Source of the DNA: Kofleriaceae bacterium | GTDB lineage: Bacteria; Myxococcota_A; Polyangia; Haliangiales; Haliangiaceae | Assembly (NCBI GenBank): GCA_035489015.1 | Contig: DATHKR010000235.1 | Coordinates: forward strand, 17,029 to 81,028 | DNA length: 64,000 bases | Reading direction: 5' to 3' | Part shown: positions 9,212-20,071 of the stretch, piece by piece | Layout of the letters: each line of letters starts with the position of its first letter | Numbering within the stretch: the stretch's first letter is position 1 | Position numbers and translations under genes: made by a program | Notes under the pieces: generated by a model | Seen by the model: the letters and a program-made list of their open reading frames with translations, nothing else | What the model was told of the DNA's origin: nothing | Databases searched by the model: none

Positions 9212-10536
9212 CTCAGCACCTCCAGCACCCGCGACAGGCGCGGCACCGACATGGCCGGGCCGAGCCGGTACGCGCCGGCCACCATGTCGCGCGCCGCCGC
9301 GATGTCCGCGTTGCTGGCCCGGCTCGACAGGAGAAAGGCGAGCGGCTCGCCGCGCTCCACCCGGTCGCCCATGTGGACGGCCAGCTCGATCCCGGCCGAC
9401 GGGTCGATGTCGTCCTCGACCTTCCGCCGGCCCGCGCCCAGGACCAGCGCCGCCATCCCGATCTCGCGCGCGGCCAGCGCCCGCACGGTGCCGCCCTCGG
9501 CGGCCAGGACCGGGGTGCGCGCGCGCGGCTGGGGCAGGACGCCCTCCGGATCGTCGACCACGCGCGGGTCGCCGCCCTGGGCCTCGACCACCTGGCGGAA
9601 CACCTCCAGCGCGGTGCCGTCGTCGAGCGAGCGGGCGATCTGCTTCTGCCCGTCCTCGGCGGTGCGGGCCAGCCCGGTGAGGACCAGCATCTCTCCGCCC
9701 AGCGCCACGGTCAGCTCGCGGGTGTCGGCCGGCCCGCCGCCGCCCAGCACGTGGATGCTCTCCAGCACCTCGACCGCGTTGCCGATCAGGCGCCCGATCG
9801 GCGCGTCCATGTCGGTCAGGACCGCTGTCACCCGCACGCCGGCCGACGCGCCGATCGACTGGATCGCGCGGGACAGCTGCACCGCGTCGGCCCGCGAGCG
9901 CATGAACGCGCCGTCGCCGACCTTGCAGTCGAGCACCAGCGCGTCGATCCCCTCGGCCAGCTTCTTGGACATGATCGACGACGCGATGAGCGGGATCGAC
10001 TCGACCGTCCCGGTCACGTCGCGCAGGGCGTAGAGCCGGCGGTCGGCCGGCGCCACCCGGTCGGTCTGCCCGATGAGACAGACGCCGAGGTCGCGGACCT
10101 GGGCGATGAACCGCTCGACCGGCAGCTTCACCGAGAAGCCGGGGATCGACTCCAGCTTGTCGAGCGTCCCACCGGTGTGGCCCAGCCCGCGCCCCGACAC
10201 CATCGGGACCGCCGCGCCGCACGCCGCCACCGCCGGAGCCAGCGGCAGCGAGATCTTGTCGCCCACGCCGCCGGTCGAGTGCTTGTCCACCCGCGGCCGG
10301 CTCACGCTGGACAGGTCGAGCACGTCCCCCGAGCGCAGCATGGCGTCGGCCCACACGGTCAGCTCGCCGGCGTCCAGGCCGCGGAAGAAGATCGCCATCA
10401 GCATGGCGGAGACCTGGTAGTCCGGGATCGAGCCGTCGGTGGTGCCGGCGATGAACGCGCGCACCTCGCCTTCGCTCAGCCGCTGGCCGTCGCGCTTCTT
10501 GCGGATGAGCGCCTGGGGGAGGAACGCGGCGGGCAT
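9208..10536 (-). CDS. deoA: Thymidine / pyrimidine-nucleoside phosphorylase
   Basis: Track ORF 9208..10536. Motifs LIRKKRDGQ, VDKHSTGGVGDK, SGRGLGHTGGTLDKLE. Confidence 0.92.
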   Translation of the reverse strand: MPAAFLPQALIRKKRDGQRLSEGEVRAFIAGTTDGSIPDYQVSAMLMAIFFRGLDAGELTVWADAMLRSGDVLDLSSVSRPRVDKHSTGGVGDKISLPLAPAVAACGAAVPMVSGRGLGHTGGTLDKLESIPGFSVKLPVERFIAQVRDLGVCLIGQTDRVAPADRRLYALRDVTGTVESIPLIASSIMSKKLAEGIDALVLDCKVGDGAFMRSRADAVQLSRAIQSIGASAGVRVTAVLTDMDAPIGRLIGNAVEVLESIHVLGGGGPADTRELTVALGGEMLVLTGLARTAEDGQKQIARSLDDGTALEVFRQVVEAQGGDPRVVDDPEGVLPQPRARTPVLAAEGGTVRALAAREIGMAALVLGAGRRKVEDDIDPSAGIELAVHMGDRVERGEPLAFLLSSRASNADIAAARDMVAGAYRLGPAMSVPRLSRVLEVLR

Positions 10537-10552
10537 GGACGTCTCCGTCGAG

Positions 10553-11728
10553 CTAGCGGAGCTCGGGCAGGAAGCTGTGGCCGTTGCTCGGCGGGGCGAC
10601 CTGGAAGATGTCAGCGATGGTCGCGCCGACGTCGGCGAAGCTGTCGCGGGTGCCGAGGTCGACCCCGGCGGCCGCGGCCGGCCCGAACGCGAGCAGCGGC
10701 ACGTACTCGCGGGTGTGGTCGGAGCCGGGGAAGGTGGGATCGTTGCCGTGGTCGGCGGTGATGAGGACCAGGTCGCGGCCCGGGTCGATCATCCTCTCCA
10801 TCGCGGCCAGCTCGGCGTCGAACTCGCGCAGGCACGCGTAGTAGCCGGCCGGATCGCGCCGGTGGCCGTACAGCGTGTCGAAGTCGACCAGGTTGACGAA
10901 CACCAGGCCGCGGTCGACCCGGCCCAGCACCTCGCGGGTGTGCTTCATCCCGTCCAGGTTGCCCTCGGTGTGGATGTCCTCGCTGATGCCGCGCCCGCAG
11001 TAGATGTCGGGGATCTTGCCGATCCCGATCACCGGCCAGCCGCCCTCGTGCAGGCGGTCGAGCACGGTCGGCTCGGGCGGCGGCATCGCGAAGTCGCGCC
11101 GGTTGTAGGTCCGCTTGTATTCGCCCGGGCGCGGCCCGACGAACGGCCGCGCGATGACCCGGCCGACCCCGTACGGGTCGAGGATGTCGCGCGCGATGCG
11201 GCAGATCTCGTACAGCTCGGCGATCGGCACCACGTCCTCGTGCGCGGCGATCTGGAAGACCGAGTCGGCCGAGGTGTAGACGATGAGGTCGCCGGTGGCC
11301 ACGTGCTGCGCGCCCAGCGTCTCGATGATCTCGGTGCCCGACGCGGGCACGTTGCCGAGCACGCCGCGCCCGGTGCGCTGGCGGAACGGGGCCAGGATCT
11401 CCTCGGGGAACCCGTCCGGGAAGGTGCGGAACGGCTGGTCGATGCGCAGCCCGGCCAGCTCCCAGTGCCCGGTGGCGGTGTCCTTGCCGGCGGAGAGCTC
11501 GGCGCACTTGCCGAACGCGCCGCGCGGCGCCCGCGCCGGCTTCATCCCGCGCAGCGGCAGGATGTTGCCGAGCCCGAGCCCGGCCAGGGTCGGCAGGTCG
11601 GCGCCGCCGGCCGCCTCGGCCACGTGCCCGAGGGTGCTGGAGCCGGCGTCGCCATAGCGATCCGCGTCCGGCGCCGCGCCGGCGCCGACGGAGTCCATCA
11701 CGAGGAGGATGACGCGCTCGATGGCCAT
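10553..11728 (-). CDS. deoB: Phosphopentomutase
   Basis: Track ORF 10553..11728. Motifs VMDSVGAG, GKDTATGHWE, VNLVDFD, TADHGNDP. Confidence 0.92.
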   Translation of the reverse strand: MAIERVILLVMDSVGAGAAPDADRYGDAGSSTLGHVAEAAGGADLPTLAGLGLGNILPLRGMKPARAPRGAFGKCAELSAGKDTATGHWELAGLRIDQPFRTFPDGFPEEILAPFRQRTGRGVLGNVPASGTEIIETLGAQHVATGDLIVYTSADSVFQIAAHEDVVPIAELYEICRIARDILDPYGVGRVIARPFVGPRPGEYKRTYNRRDFAMPPPEPTVLDRLHEGGWPVIGIGKIPDIYCGRGISEDIHTEGNLDGMKHTREVLGRVDRGLVFVNLVDFDTLYGHRRDPAGYYACLREFDAELAAMERMIDPGRDLVLITADHGNDPTFPGSDHTREYVPLLAFGPAAAAGVDLGTRDSFADVGATIADIFQVAPPSNGHSFLPELR

Positions 11729-11758
11729 GAAACCCAGTTTCTTACCACGAGAACTGGC

Positions 11759-12739
<981 letters not shown>

Positions 12740-12814
12740 GAGCGCCGGGATAGTAACCGCCAAGGCTCCCGCTTGGCCAAGCGTCAGGGCACCCCAGGGC
12801 GCCCTGCCGGCATT

Positions 12815-14554
12815 TCACGGGTCCCGGGCCAGGCGGAACGTGACGTTGGCGTGGGCCGAGGGGCGCAGGCGGTCGGCCCGGTCGGGCTGGGCCTTCACCG
12901 CGCGCATCGCCTGGGCCCCCTGGGTGCCGTCGTCCACCCATTCCCACAGCGCCTTGCCGGCCGGCGAGAACTCCGCCGCCGCCGCCGCTCCGGTCCACTC
13001 GTCGGGGCCCAGGAGCCGCATCCCGCGGGCTCGCGCGTGCGCCTCGGCGTCGGCGTAGGACACGCCCACCGCGGGCAGGGCGGCCTGCTTCTTCGACAGC
13101 GGGGGCGGTGTCGGTTCACCCGGGCCGGGTGGGTGGGCCGCCGCGTACTCGCCCTGGCTGACCGGCGCTCGGGCCACGAACAACCACGGCGTGCCGTCCG
13201 GCCGCCGGACCAGGAACATCCCCTCGGGCACCACCGAATCGGCGGTGCGCGGGGCCGCGTCGGTCCGCCCGCCGGCGTCGTCGTCAGCCGCGCCCATCGC
13301 GGCCGCCTGGCGGTCGGGGCGCGGCCCGAACAGCATGAAACCGAGCCCGGTGAAGAACAGCAGCGCCGACACCACGGTCACCGCGACCAGCCAGCGGCCC
13401 AGCGCGGCGCGCCGCTCCGGCTCGTCGCCGGGCCGCAGGAGCGCCTGCGCCGCCGGGCGCATCACCGGTCGGTCGTCGGGACCCGCCGCCCCGCCGTGGC
13501 CGTGGCGCCGCTCGTCGGGCGTGGCCCGTCGCTGCCGGCCGTGGTCGTCGTTGCGGATCAGGGTCGCCGCCGCGTCGTCGGCTGCCGCCGCCACCTCGGA
13601 CGCGCGCTGGCCGCCGCGCCCGACCACGTACGGGGTCGGCTCCGGCGCCGACCGCGCGCTCGCGCCCGACACCGGCGGCAGCGACGACGACCCCTGCGAC
13701 TGCAGCCGGTCGACGATAGCGCTCAGCTGGCGGATGAGCTCCGGGTAGGCCGGCCGCTCGCCCGGCTTCTTCGCCATCATGCGCCGGCACAGCGCGGCCA
13801 CCTCCACGTCGGTGGACGGGTTCTTGGCCCGCGGATCCGGCGCCGGGTCCTTCAGGTGACGAGCGACCACCTTCAGGTACTTGTCCTCGGCCGCGTTGCC
13901 GGTGCGGAACGGGGGATCGCCGGTGCAGAGGTAGTAGAGCGTCCCGCCCAGCGCGTAGATGTCGACCCGCTCGTCGATCGTCTCGCCGCGCGCCTGCTCC
14001 GGCGCGATGTAGTCGGGCGTCCCGACCACCACGCCCATCGCGGTCAGGGCCGGCTCGTTCGACGGATCGAGCGGCTTGGCCAGCCCGAAGTCGGTCACCT
14101 TGACCACCCCGGACGAGAGCAGGACCAGGTTGGTCGGCTTCACGTCGCGGTGGATCAGGCCGGCCTGGGCGGCGGCCTGCAGCCCGCGGGCGGCGTCGAG
14201 GGTGGCGCGGGTGGCCTGCACCGACGACATCACGCCGTGCTGCTTCACCACGCTGCCGAGGTCGACCCCGTCGAGCAGCTCCATCGCGATGTACGGGCGC
14301 TGGTCGTGGGTGCCGGTGGTGAAGACCTGCACCACGTTGGGATGGGCGATGGCGGCCACCGCGCGCGCCTCGCGCACGAAGCGGGCCCGCAGCTCCTCGT
14401 TCTCGCGGTGCCGCTCGGACAGGATCTTGATCGCGACCGGGCGCTTGAGGTCGACGTCGATGCCGCGCACCACGTCGCCCATCGAGCCGGCGCCGATCAT
14501 CCCGACGACGCGGTATCGATCGACGATGGTGCCGGGTGCGAGCGCGCTGGTCAT
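12815..14554 (-). CDS. Ser/Thr protein kinase with TM helix and C-terminal FGE/SUMF1-like domain
   Basis: Track ORF 12815..14554. Motifs [37 protein letters not shown] helix [22 protein letters not shown]. The C-terminus ([23 protein letters not shown]...WEWVDD) is typical of the formylglycine-generating-enzyme fold. Confidence 0.9.
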   Translation of the reverse strand: MTSALAPGTIVDRYRVVGMIGAGSMGDVVRGIDVDLKRPVAIKILSERHRENEELRARFVREARAVAAIAHPNVVQVFTTGTHDQRPYIAMELLDGVDLGSVVKQHGVMSSVQATRATLDAARGLQAAAQAGLIHRDVKPTNLVLLSSGVVKVTDFGLAKPLDPSNEPALTAMGVVVGTPDYIAPEQARGETIDERVDIYALGGTLYYLCTGDPPFRTGNAAEDKYLKVVARHLKDPAPDPRAKNPSTDVEVAALCRRMMAKKPGERPAYPELIRQLSAIVDRLQSQGSSSLPPVSGASARSAPEPTPYVVGRGGQRASEVAAAADDAAATLIRNDDHGRQRRATPDERRHGHGGAAGPDDRPVMRPAAQALLRPGDEPERRAALGRWLVAVTVVSALLFFTGLGFMLFGPRPDRQAAAMGAADDDAGGRTDAAPRTADSVVPEGMFLVRRPDGTPWLFVARAPVSQGEYAAAHPPGPGEPTPPPLSKKQAALPAVGVSYADAEAHARARGMRLLGPDEWTGAAAAAEFSPAGKALWEWVDDGTQGAQAMRAVKAQPDRADRLRPSAHANVTFRLARDP

Positions 14555-14578
14555 GGCCGTGAGGTCCGCCGGCTGGGC

Positions 14579-15946
14579 CTACAGCTCGCCTTCGCCGCCG
14601 CTGCCGCGCCCCGACAGGTTGTCGAACCGAGTGTAGCGCCCCTCGAAGAAGGTCTTGATGGTGGCGGTGGGGCCGTGCCGGTTCTTGCCGATGATGATCT
14701 CGGCGACGTTCGGCTCGTCGCTCTCCTTGTTGTAGACCACGTCGCGGTAGATGAAGAGGATGAGGTCGGCGTCCTGCTCGATGGCGCCCGACTCGCGCAG
14801 GTCCGACAGCTGCGGCCGCTTGTCGGGGCGCGACTCCAGGCTGCGGTTGAGCTGCGACAGCGCCATGACCGGGCAGTTGATCTCCTTGGCCAGCTGCTTC
14901 AGGCCGCGCGAGATCTCGGAGATCTCCTGCTCGCGGCTGGACTGGCGGTCGCGCCGTCCCTGCATGAGCTGGAGGTAGTCGATGACGATGAGCCCGAACT
15001 GCTTCTCCTTGCGCATCTCCTTGTCGGCCATGAACCGCCGGGCCGACGCGCGCAGCTCGCGCAGGCTGAGCGCCGGCGTGTCGTCGATGACGATCGGCGC
15101 CTTGGACAGCGTGTCGGCCGCGTAGGTCATGTTGGTCAGGTCCTGGCGCTGGAGCTGGCCGCGCCGGAGCGCGGTCGAGTCGACCCGCGCCTCGGAGCAG
15201 AGCAGCCGCTCGGCCAGCTGGGTCGACGACATCTCGAGCGAGAAGACCAGCACCGGGAAGCCGCCCGCCGCCGCCGCGTTGCGCGCGATGGTCAGCGCGA
15301 ACGACGTCTTGCCCATGGCCGGGCGCGCCGCCAGGATGGTGAGCTCGGTCGGCTGGAACCCGGCCGTGCGCTCGTCCAGGTCGCGGAAGCCGCTCGGCAC
15401 CCCGGTGATGCCGCCCGCCGCCTTGAAGCGCTGGTCGAGCGAGCTGAACACCTGGCGCAGGAGGTTGCGCAGGTGGTCGGAGTTGCCCCGCTGGGTCCGC
15501 TGGGTGACCTCGAAGATCTTGGCCTCGGCCTCGTCGAGGTAGTCCTCGACCGCGCCGTAGTCCTCGTACCCGCGCGCGGCGATCTCCGACGCGGTCAGCA
15601 TCAGGCGACGAGCCGAGTTGAGCTCGCGCACGATGCTGGCGTAGTGCACGACGTTGTCTGCGGTCGGCACCCGCAGCGCCAGCTGCGACAGGTAGGCGAG
15701 GCCCCCGATCGCGTCCAGCTTGCCGCCCTGCTGGAGCTGGGCCTCGAGGGTCACCTCGTCGATCGGCCGGGAGGCCGACTCGAGGTCCTGGATGGCGGCG
15801 AAGATGGCCTGATGGCGCGGGTCGTAGAAGTCCTCCTCCATCAGCTCGGCGAGGAGCGGGAGGACCTCGTTGCGGAGGAGGATGCCGCCCAGGACGGACG
15901 CCTCCGCATCGAGGTTGTGAGGGAGGACTCTCGTGCCCGCGCTCAA
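14579..15946 (-). CDS. dnaB: Replicative DNA helicase DnaB
   Basis: Track ORF 14579..15946. Motifs [17 protein letters not shown] and Walker [13 protein letters not shown], plus [12 protein letters not shown] start, with AAGGAG inside the rplI 3' end. Confidence 0.95.
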   Translation of the reverse strand: MSAGTRVLPHNLDAEASVLGGILLRNEVLPLLAELMEEDFYDPRHQAIFAAIQDLESASRPIDEVTLEAQLQQGGKLDAIGGLAYLSQLALRVPTADNVVHYASIVRELNSARRLMLTASEIAARGYEDYGAVEDYLDEAEAKIFEVTQRTQRGNSDHLRNLLRQVFSSLDQRFKAAGGITGVPSGFRDLDERTAGFQPTELTILAARPAMGKTSFALTIARNAAAAGGFPVLVFSLEMSSTQLAERLLCSEARVDSTALRRGQLQRQDLTNMTYAADTLSKAPIVIDDTPALSLRELRASARRFMADKEMRKEKQFGLIVIDYLQLMQGRRDRQSSREQEISEISRGLKQLAKEINCPVMALSQLNRSLESRPDKRPQLSDLRESGAIEQDADLILFIYRDVVYNKESDEPNVAEIIIGKNRHGPTATIKTFFEGRYTRFDNLSGRGSGGEGEL

Positions 15947-15956
15947 CGTGCCCCTT

Positions 15957-16415
15957 CTACTCCTTGGCCTTGGCCGTCACCCAGAACTTGAGGACCGCCG
16001 TCGTCCCGGCGCCGAGGCGCACCGACACCTCGTGCTTGCCGATCGCCTTGACCGGATCGCCCATCTCGATCTGGCGCGAGTCGATGACGACCCCGGCCAC
16101 CTCGAGCTGGCGGGCCAGATCGCGCCCGGTGACCGAGCCGAACATCCGGTCGTCCTCGCCGACCAGCCGCTCGAACTGGAGCGTCATCCCGCTGATCCGA
16201 TCGGCCAGGCTGGCCGCGGTAGCCCGCTCCTTGGCCACGCGCGCATCGACCTGGCGCTTGCGGTGGTCGAGCTCCGACTTGTTCTCGGCGGTCGCGCTGA
16301 CGGCCATCCCGCGCGGCATCAGGTAGTTGCGGCCGTAGCCGGACTTCACGGTGACGAGCTCGCCGGCCTTGCCCAGGTGAGCCACGTCCTGCGTGAGAAT
16401 GAGTTGCATCGGCAT
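15957..16415 (-). CDS. rplI: 50S ribosomal protein L9
   Basis: Track ORF 15957..16415. Sequence [40 protein letters not shown] lies 6 nt upstream of ATG 16415. An alternative ATG is at 16409. Confidence 0.95.
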   Translation of the reverse strand: MPMQLILTQDVAHLGKAGELVTVKSGYGRNYLMPRGMAVSATAENKSELDHRKRQVDARVAKERATAASLADRISGMTLQFERLVGEDDRMFGSVTGRDLARQLEVAGVVIDSRQIEMGDPVKAIGKHEVSVRLGAGTTAVLKFWVTAKAKE

Positions 16416-16425
16416 GACTGGCCTC

Positions 16426-16752
16426 CTACTTGCCGGTGACCGAGAAGGGCAGGAGCGCGATCATGCGGGCGCGCCGCACCTGCAGCGACAGGTCGCGCTG
16501 GTGGCGCGCGCAGTTGCCGCTGATCCGGCGCGGGACCAGCTTGCCGCGCTCGGTGACGAAGTGCTTCAGCATCGCCAGGTTCTTGTAGTCGATGAGGGTG
16601 CCCTCGTCGGCGCAGAAGCGACACATCTTGCGGCGCGAGAATCCGCCGCCGCCGCCGCCGCGCTGCCGGTCGCCGCCCTTGCCGGGCGAGCGTCCGCCGC
16701 CCCGCTCCTTGTCGTCGTCGCGGCTCTCGAAGGCCTCGTCTTTTTCGCTCAT
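16426..16752 (-). CDS. rpsR: 30S ribosomal protein S18 (RGG-rich N-terminal extension)
   Basis: Track ORF 16426..16752. Sequence [43 protein letters not shown]. Confidence 0.95.
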   Translation of the reverse strand: MSEKDEAFESRDDDKERGGGRSPGKGGDRQRGGGGGGFSRRKMCRFCADEGTLIDYKNLAMLKHFVTERGKLVPRRISGNCARHQRDLSLQVRRARMIALLPFSVTGK

Positions 16753-16802
16753 GGTCGTCTACCTCGTTCCTTGGGTCGTGGAGTCGTGGCCGTGGGCCGG
16801 GA

Positions 16803-17423
16803 TCACTCGGCTTCCCCGTCGGTGCCGGGCGGTTTCGGCTCGGCGGCCGGCTCGGTTGCCGGCTCCGCGGCCGGCTCGGCGGCGCCCTCGGCGGCCGGCT
16901 CGGCTACCGGCTCGGCGGCGCCCTCGGCGGCCGGAGCGGCCTTCGCCACCACGTCACCGTCGGCCCCCTCTTCACCGACCTCGCTGGCCGCCTCGTCGGT
17001 GCGGCGCAGCATGAGCTCCTCCTCGTCGGCCGCGGTGCTGGCCGCCTTGGTGTAGGTCTCCTCGGTGACCAGCGACTCCTTGGTGCCAGGATCGATGTCG
17101 CGGCCCGCCAGCACGGTCATGTAGCGGATCACGGGATCGAGCATTCGCATGTTGCGCTCGAACTCGGTCACCACCTGCGGCGAGCCCAGGTACGACCAGA
17201 ACAGGTAGATGCCCTTCAGCTCCTTCTTGATCTCGTAGGCGAGCTTCCGCTTGCCCCAGTTGTCGACGTTCAGCACCACGCCGCCCTGCGACTCGATGAT
17301 GCCGCGAACGCGCTGGTTGACGTCGGCCACCCGGTCGTTCTGGGTGTCGGGCCGAAGGATGTAGATCGTCTCGTACTCGCGCAATGTCCCTGGCGCGTCG
17401 GCCAGGCTCTGCAGGTCTGCCAT
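16803..17423 (-). CDS. rpsF: 30S ribosomal protein S6 with long acidic Ala/Glu/Pro C-terminal tail
   Basis: 3' part of track ORF 16803..17477. ATG at 17423 (MADLQSLADAPGTLREYETIYILRPD...NWGKRKLAYEIKK). About 100 extra C-terminal residues (AEPVAEPAAEGAAEPAAEPATEPAAEP). Confidence 0.93.
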   Translation of the reverse strand: MADLQSLADAPGTLREYETIYILRPDTQNDRVADVNQRVRGIIESQGGVVLNVDNWGKRKLAYEIKKELKGIYLFWSYLGSPQVVTEFERNMRMLDPVIRYMTVLAGRDIDPGTKESLVTEETYTKAASTAADEEELMLRRTDEAASEVGEEGADGDVVAKAAPAAEGAAEPVAEPAAEGAAEPAAEPATEPAAEPKPPGTDGEAE

Positions 17424-17449
17424 CTCGATCTCCTCGTGGGTGTGAAGCC

Positions 17450-17472
17450 CGCGGCGGCTGCTGTGCGCCGCG
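17450..17472 (-). promoter_or_regulatory. Hairpin in the 70-nt rpsF leader (candidate S6:S18 autoregulatory element)
   Basis: On the mRNA strand, CGCGGCG-(9 nt)-CGCCGCG forms a 7-bp stem, followed by GGAG 7 nt before the rpsF ATG. Only the stem is seen. The match to the published rpsF-leader motif is not verified. Confidence 0.2.
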
Positions 17473-17493
17473 AGCAAGGAGTGGCTGGTGGAC

Positions 17494-18108
17494 TCAGTCT
17501 ACCGGCTTTTCTCCAGCTCCGTTGAAGTCGTTCATCGCCGCGCGGATGCCGCGCGCCAGGATCGCCTCGACCGCGTCGCTCGCGCGACCGACCAGCTCGG
17601 CGATCTCTCGATCCATCTCGGCCGGGAAGTCGCCCAGCACGTGGCCGGACACGCGGCCCTGTACCGGCTCGCTCGCCGCGCCCGCCGCCGCCGGTCGCTC
17701 GGGCCGGCCGACCCCGATCCGGACCCGCAGGAAGTCGTTCGAGCCCAGCTGCTCGGCCACCGAGCGGATCCCGTTGTGCCCGCCGTGGCCGCCGCCCGCC
17801 TTCAGGCGCAGCCGCGCGAACGGCAGATCGATCTCGTCGTGCACGACGACCAGCTCCGCCGGCTCGGTGCCGTGGAACTGCGCCGCCCGCTGCACGGCGA
17901 AACCGCTGTGGTTCATGAACTCCATGGGTTTCAGGACCAGCGCCCGCTGCCTCGCGATGGCTCCCATCGCCGCTTGCCCGCCGAACTTCTCGCGCAGCGG
18001 CCCCAGGTCGTGACGTCGGACCAGCTCGTCCACGACCCGGAAGCCGATGTTGTGGCGGTTGCGCTCGTACTTGCGGCCGGGATTGCCCAGCCCGGCGATG
18101 AGCCACAC
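17494..18108 (-). CDS. pth: Peptidyl-tRNA hydrolase
   Basis: Track ORF 17494..18108, GTG start. Motifs WLIAGLGNPG, RHNIGF, GGHGGHNG. Confidence 0.95.
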   Translation of the reverse strand: MWLIAGLGNPGRKYERNRHNIGFRVVDELVRRHDLGPLREKFGGQAAMGAIARQRALVLKPMEFMNHSGFAVQRAAQFHGTEPAELVVVHDEIDLPFARLRLKAGGGHGGHNGIRSVAEQLGSNDFLRVRIGVGRPERPAAAGAASEPVQGRVSGHVLGDFPAEMDREIAELVGRASDAVEAILARGIRAAMNDFNGAGEKPVD

Positions 18109-18135
18109 GCTGCGTTCTCCACTCGGAGGCGGGGA

Positions 18136-18918
18136 CTACTTCTTCTTGTCGCCCCCCGCCTTGCCGCCAGCGGCCTTGCCGCCGCCCGCGGCCTTGCCAG
18201 CCGCCGCCTTGCCGCCCGCGGCAGCGCCAGCCGCCGCACCGGCCGCGGCGCCCGCCGCCTTCTTGTCGCCCTCGGCCACGACCGCGCCCTCGACCGCGAC
18301 AGCGCCCTCGACCGCCACGGCTGCCGTCTCGGTGGTCTCCTTCTCGACCTTCGGCGCGGCGCAGGTGACCAGGGTGAAGCTGTCCGGGAGCGCCGCCTTC
18401 ACGCCGGGCGGGAACGACACGTCCGACACATGGAAGGCGTCGCCGATCTTGAGCGGCGTGACGTCGAGCTCGAACTTGGTGGGGATCTCCGAGGGACGGC
18501 AGCGAACCCGCAGGGTGTGCCGCTCGGTGTGGATCTGCCCGCCGTCGACGGTGCCGATCGCCTTGCCGACCAGCACCAGCGGCACGTCCACGTCGATCTC
18601 CTTGTCCGGATCGATCGAGATGAGGTCGACGTGGGTGACGTTCCGGCGCAGCGCGTCGATCTGGTACTCCCAGAGCAGCGCCATCAGCTCGGTGTTCCCC
18701 GACCGGCCGTCCTCGACGGTGACGTTGATGACCGTGTTGCGGCCCCTGGCCGGATCGAGCGACGCCTTCAGCTCCTTGGCGTTCAGCACGATGGCGAGCG
18801 GCTGCTGGAGCTTCGCGCCGTAGCAGACGCCGGGGACCTTGCCAGTCGCGCGCAGGCGGCGAGTCTCGCCCTTGCCGGTGTCGTGGCGGATTTGAACGGT
18901 GAGCTTGCCGACTTCCAT
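18136..18918 (-). CDS. rplY: 50S ribosomal protein L25 / Ctc with Lys/Ala/Gly-rich tail
   Basis: Track ORF 18136..18918. Sequence RRLRATGKVPGVCYG...HVDL. C-terminal tail GDKKAAGAAAGAAAGAAAGGKAAAGKAAGGGKAAGGKAGGDKKK. Confidence 0.9.
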   Translation of the reverse strand: MEVGKLTVQIRHDTGKGETRRLRATGKVPGVCYGAKLQQPLAIVLNAKELKASLDPARGRNTVINVTVEDGRSGNTELMALLWEYQIDALRRNVTHVDLISIDPDKEIDVDVPLVLVGKAIGTVDGGQIHTERHTLRVRCRPSEIPTKFELDVTPLKIGDAFHVSDVSFPPGVKAALPDSFTLVTCAAPKVEKETTETAAVAVEGAVAVEGAVVAEGDKKAAGAAAGAAAGAAAGGKAAAGKAAGGGKAAGGKAGGDKKK

Positions 18919-18951
18919 GACGCGTTATCCTTGGTTGCTCGGGCTGGGTTC

Positions 18952-19893
18952 TCAGCTGAACAGGGAGCTGATCGAGTCGCCGTGGTGGATGCGCTTGACC
19001 GCCTCGCCGAGCAGACGCGCGACCGACAGCACCTTGACCTTGCTGCTGGCGCGCCCGAGCTCGTCGAGCGGAATGGTGTTGGTGACGATGACCTGGGTGA
19101 GCGGCGAGGCCTGGATGCGCTCGATCGCGTTGCCGGAGAAGACCCCGTGGCTGGCGCAGGCCATGACCGACTTGGCGCCGGCGTCCATCACCGCGCGGGC
19201 CGCGTTGCACAGCGTGCCGGCGGTGTCGATGATGTCGTCGGCGATGATGGCGTTCTTGCCCTTCACGTCGCCGACCACGTTCATCACCTCGGACACGTTC
19301 GGCGCCGAGCGCCGCTTGTCGATGATGGCCATGCCGCCGCCCAGCCGCTTCGAGTAGGCGCGGGCGCGCTCGACGCCGCCGGCGTCCGGCGAGACCACCA
19401 CCACGTCGCTGAGCGACATGTGGCGCAGCTCGTCGAGGAAGACCGGCATGCCGTAGAGGTGGTCGAACGGGATGTTGAAGAAGCCCTGGATCTGCCCGGC
19501 GTGGAGATCCATCGACACCACCCGGTCGGCGCCGGCCGACGAGATGAGGTCGGCGACCAGCTTGGCGGTGATCGGCGTGCGCGGCTTGGTCTTGCGATCC
19601 TGGCGCGCGTAGCCGAAGTAGGGCATGACCGCGACGATGCTCCCTGCCGACGCGCGCTTCAGCGCGTCGATCATGATGAGGAGCTCCATCAGCGACTGGT
19701 TGACCGGGGTGCAGGTCGACTGCACGACGAAGCAGTTCACTCCGCGGACGTTCTCGTTGATCTCGACGTAGATCTCACCGTCCGAGAAGTGCGTGACGTC
19801 GGCCCGGCCGAGCGGGATCTCGACGTACTTGCAGATCTCTTCCGCGATCGGACGGTTGGCGTTGGCGGTGAAGATGGACAGCGATTTCAGCAA
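18952..19893 (-). CDS. prs: Ribose-phosphate pyrophosphokinase
   Basis: 3' part of track ORF 18952..20346. There is no ATG near the conserved N-terminus. In-frame TTG at 19893 is preceded by GGAGG (GGAGGTTGC-TTG), giving (M)[19 protein letters not shown]... Motifs [31 protein letters not shown]. Confidence 0.92.
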   Translation of the reverse strand: MLKSLSIFTANANRPIAEEICKYVEIPLGRADVTHFSDGEIYVEINENVRGVNCFVVQSTCTPVNQSLMELLIMIDALKRASAGSIVAVMPYFGYARQDRKTKPRTPITAKLVADLISSAGADRVVSMDLHAGQIQGFFNIPFDHLYGMPVFLDELRHMSLSDVVVVSPDAGGVERARAYSKRLGGGMAIIDKRRSAPNVSEVMNVVGDVKGKNAIIADDIIDTAGTLCNAARAVMDAGAKSVMACASHGVFSGNAIERIQASPLTQVIVTNTIPLDELGRASSKVKVLSVARLLGEAVKRIHHGDSISSLFS

Positions 19894-20071
19894 GCAACCT
19901 CCGCTGGCCGACCGGATCGGGTCCGGCTGGAGAACGCAGCGATTTACACGCTGTACCCCCCGCACGTCAACTCGAAAGGCCGAAAGGCGTGCGGAATCAC
20001 TTGATTTCGCGCGGGTGGAAGCACCTTCGAGGGGTTGAAGGAGGGCAGGACGCGCCCCGGCCGCCGCCGGG

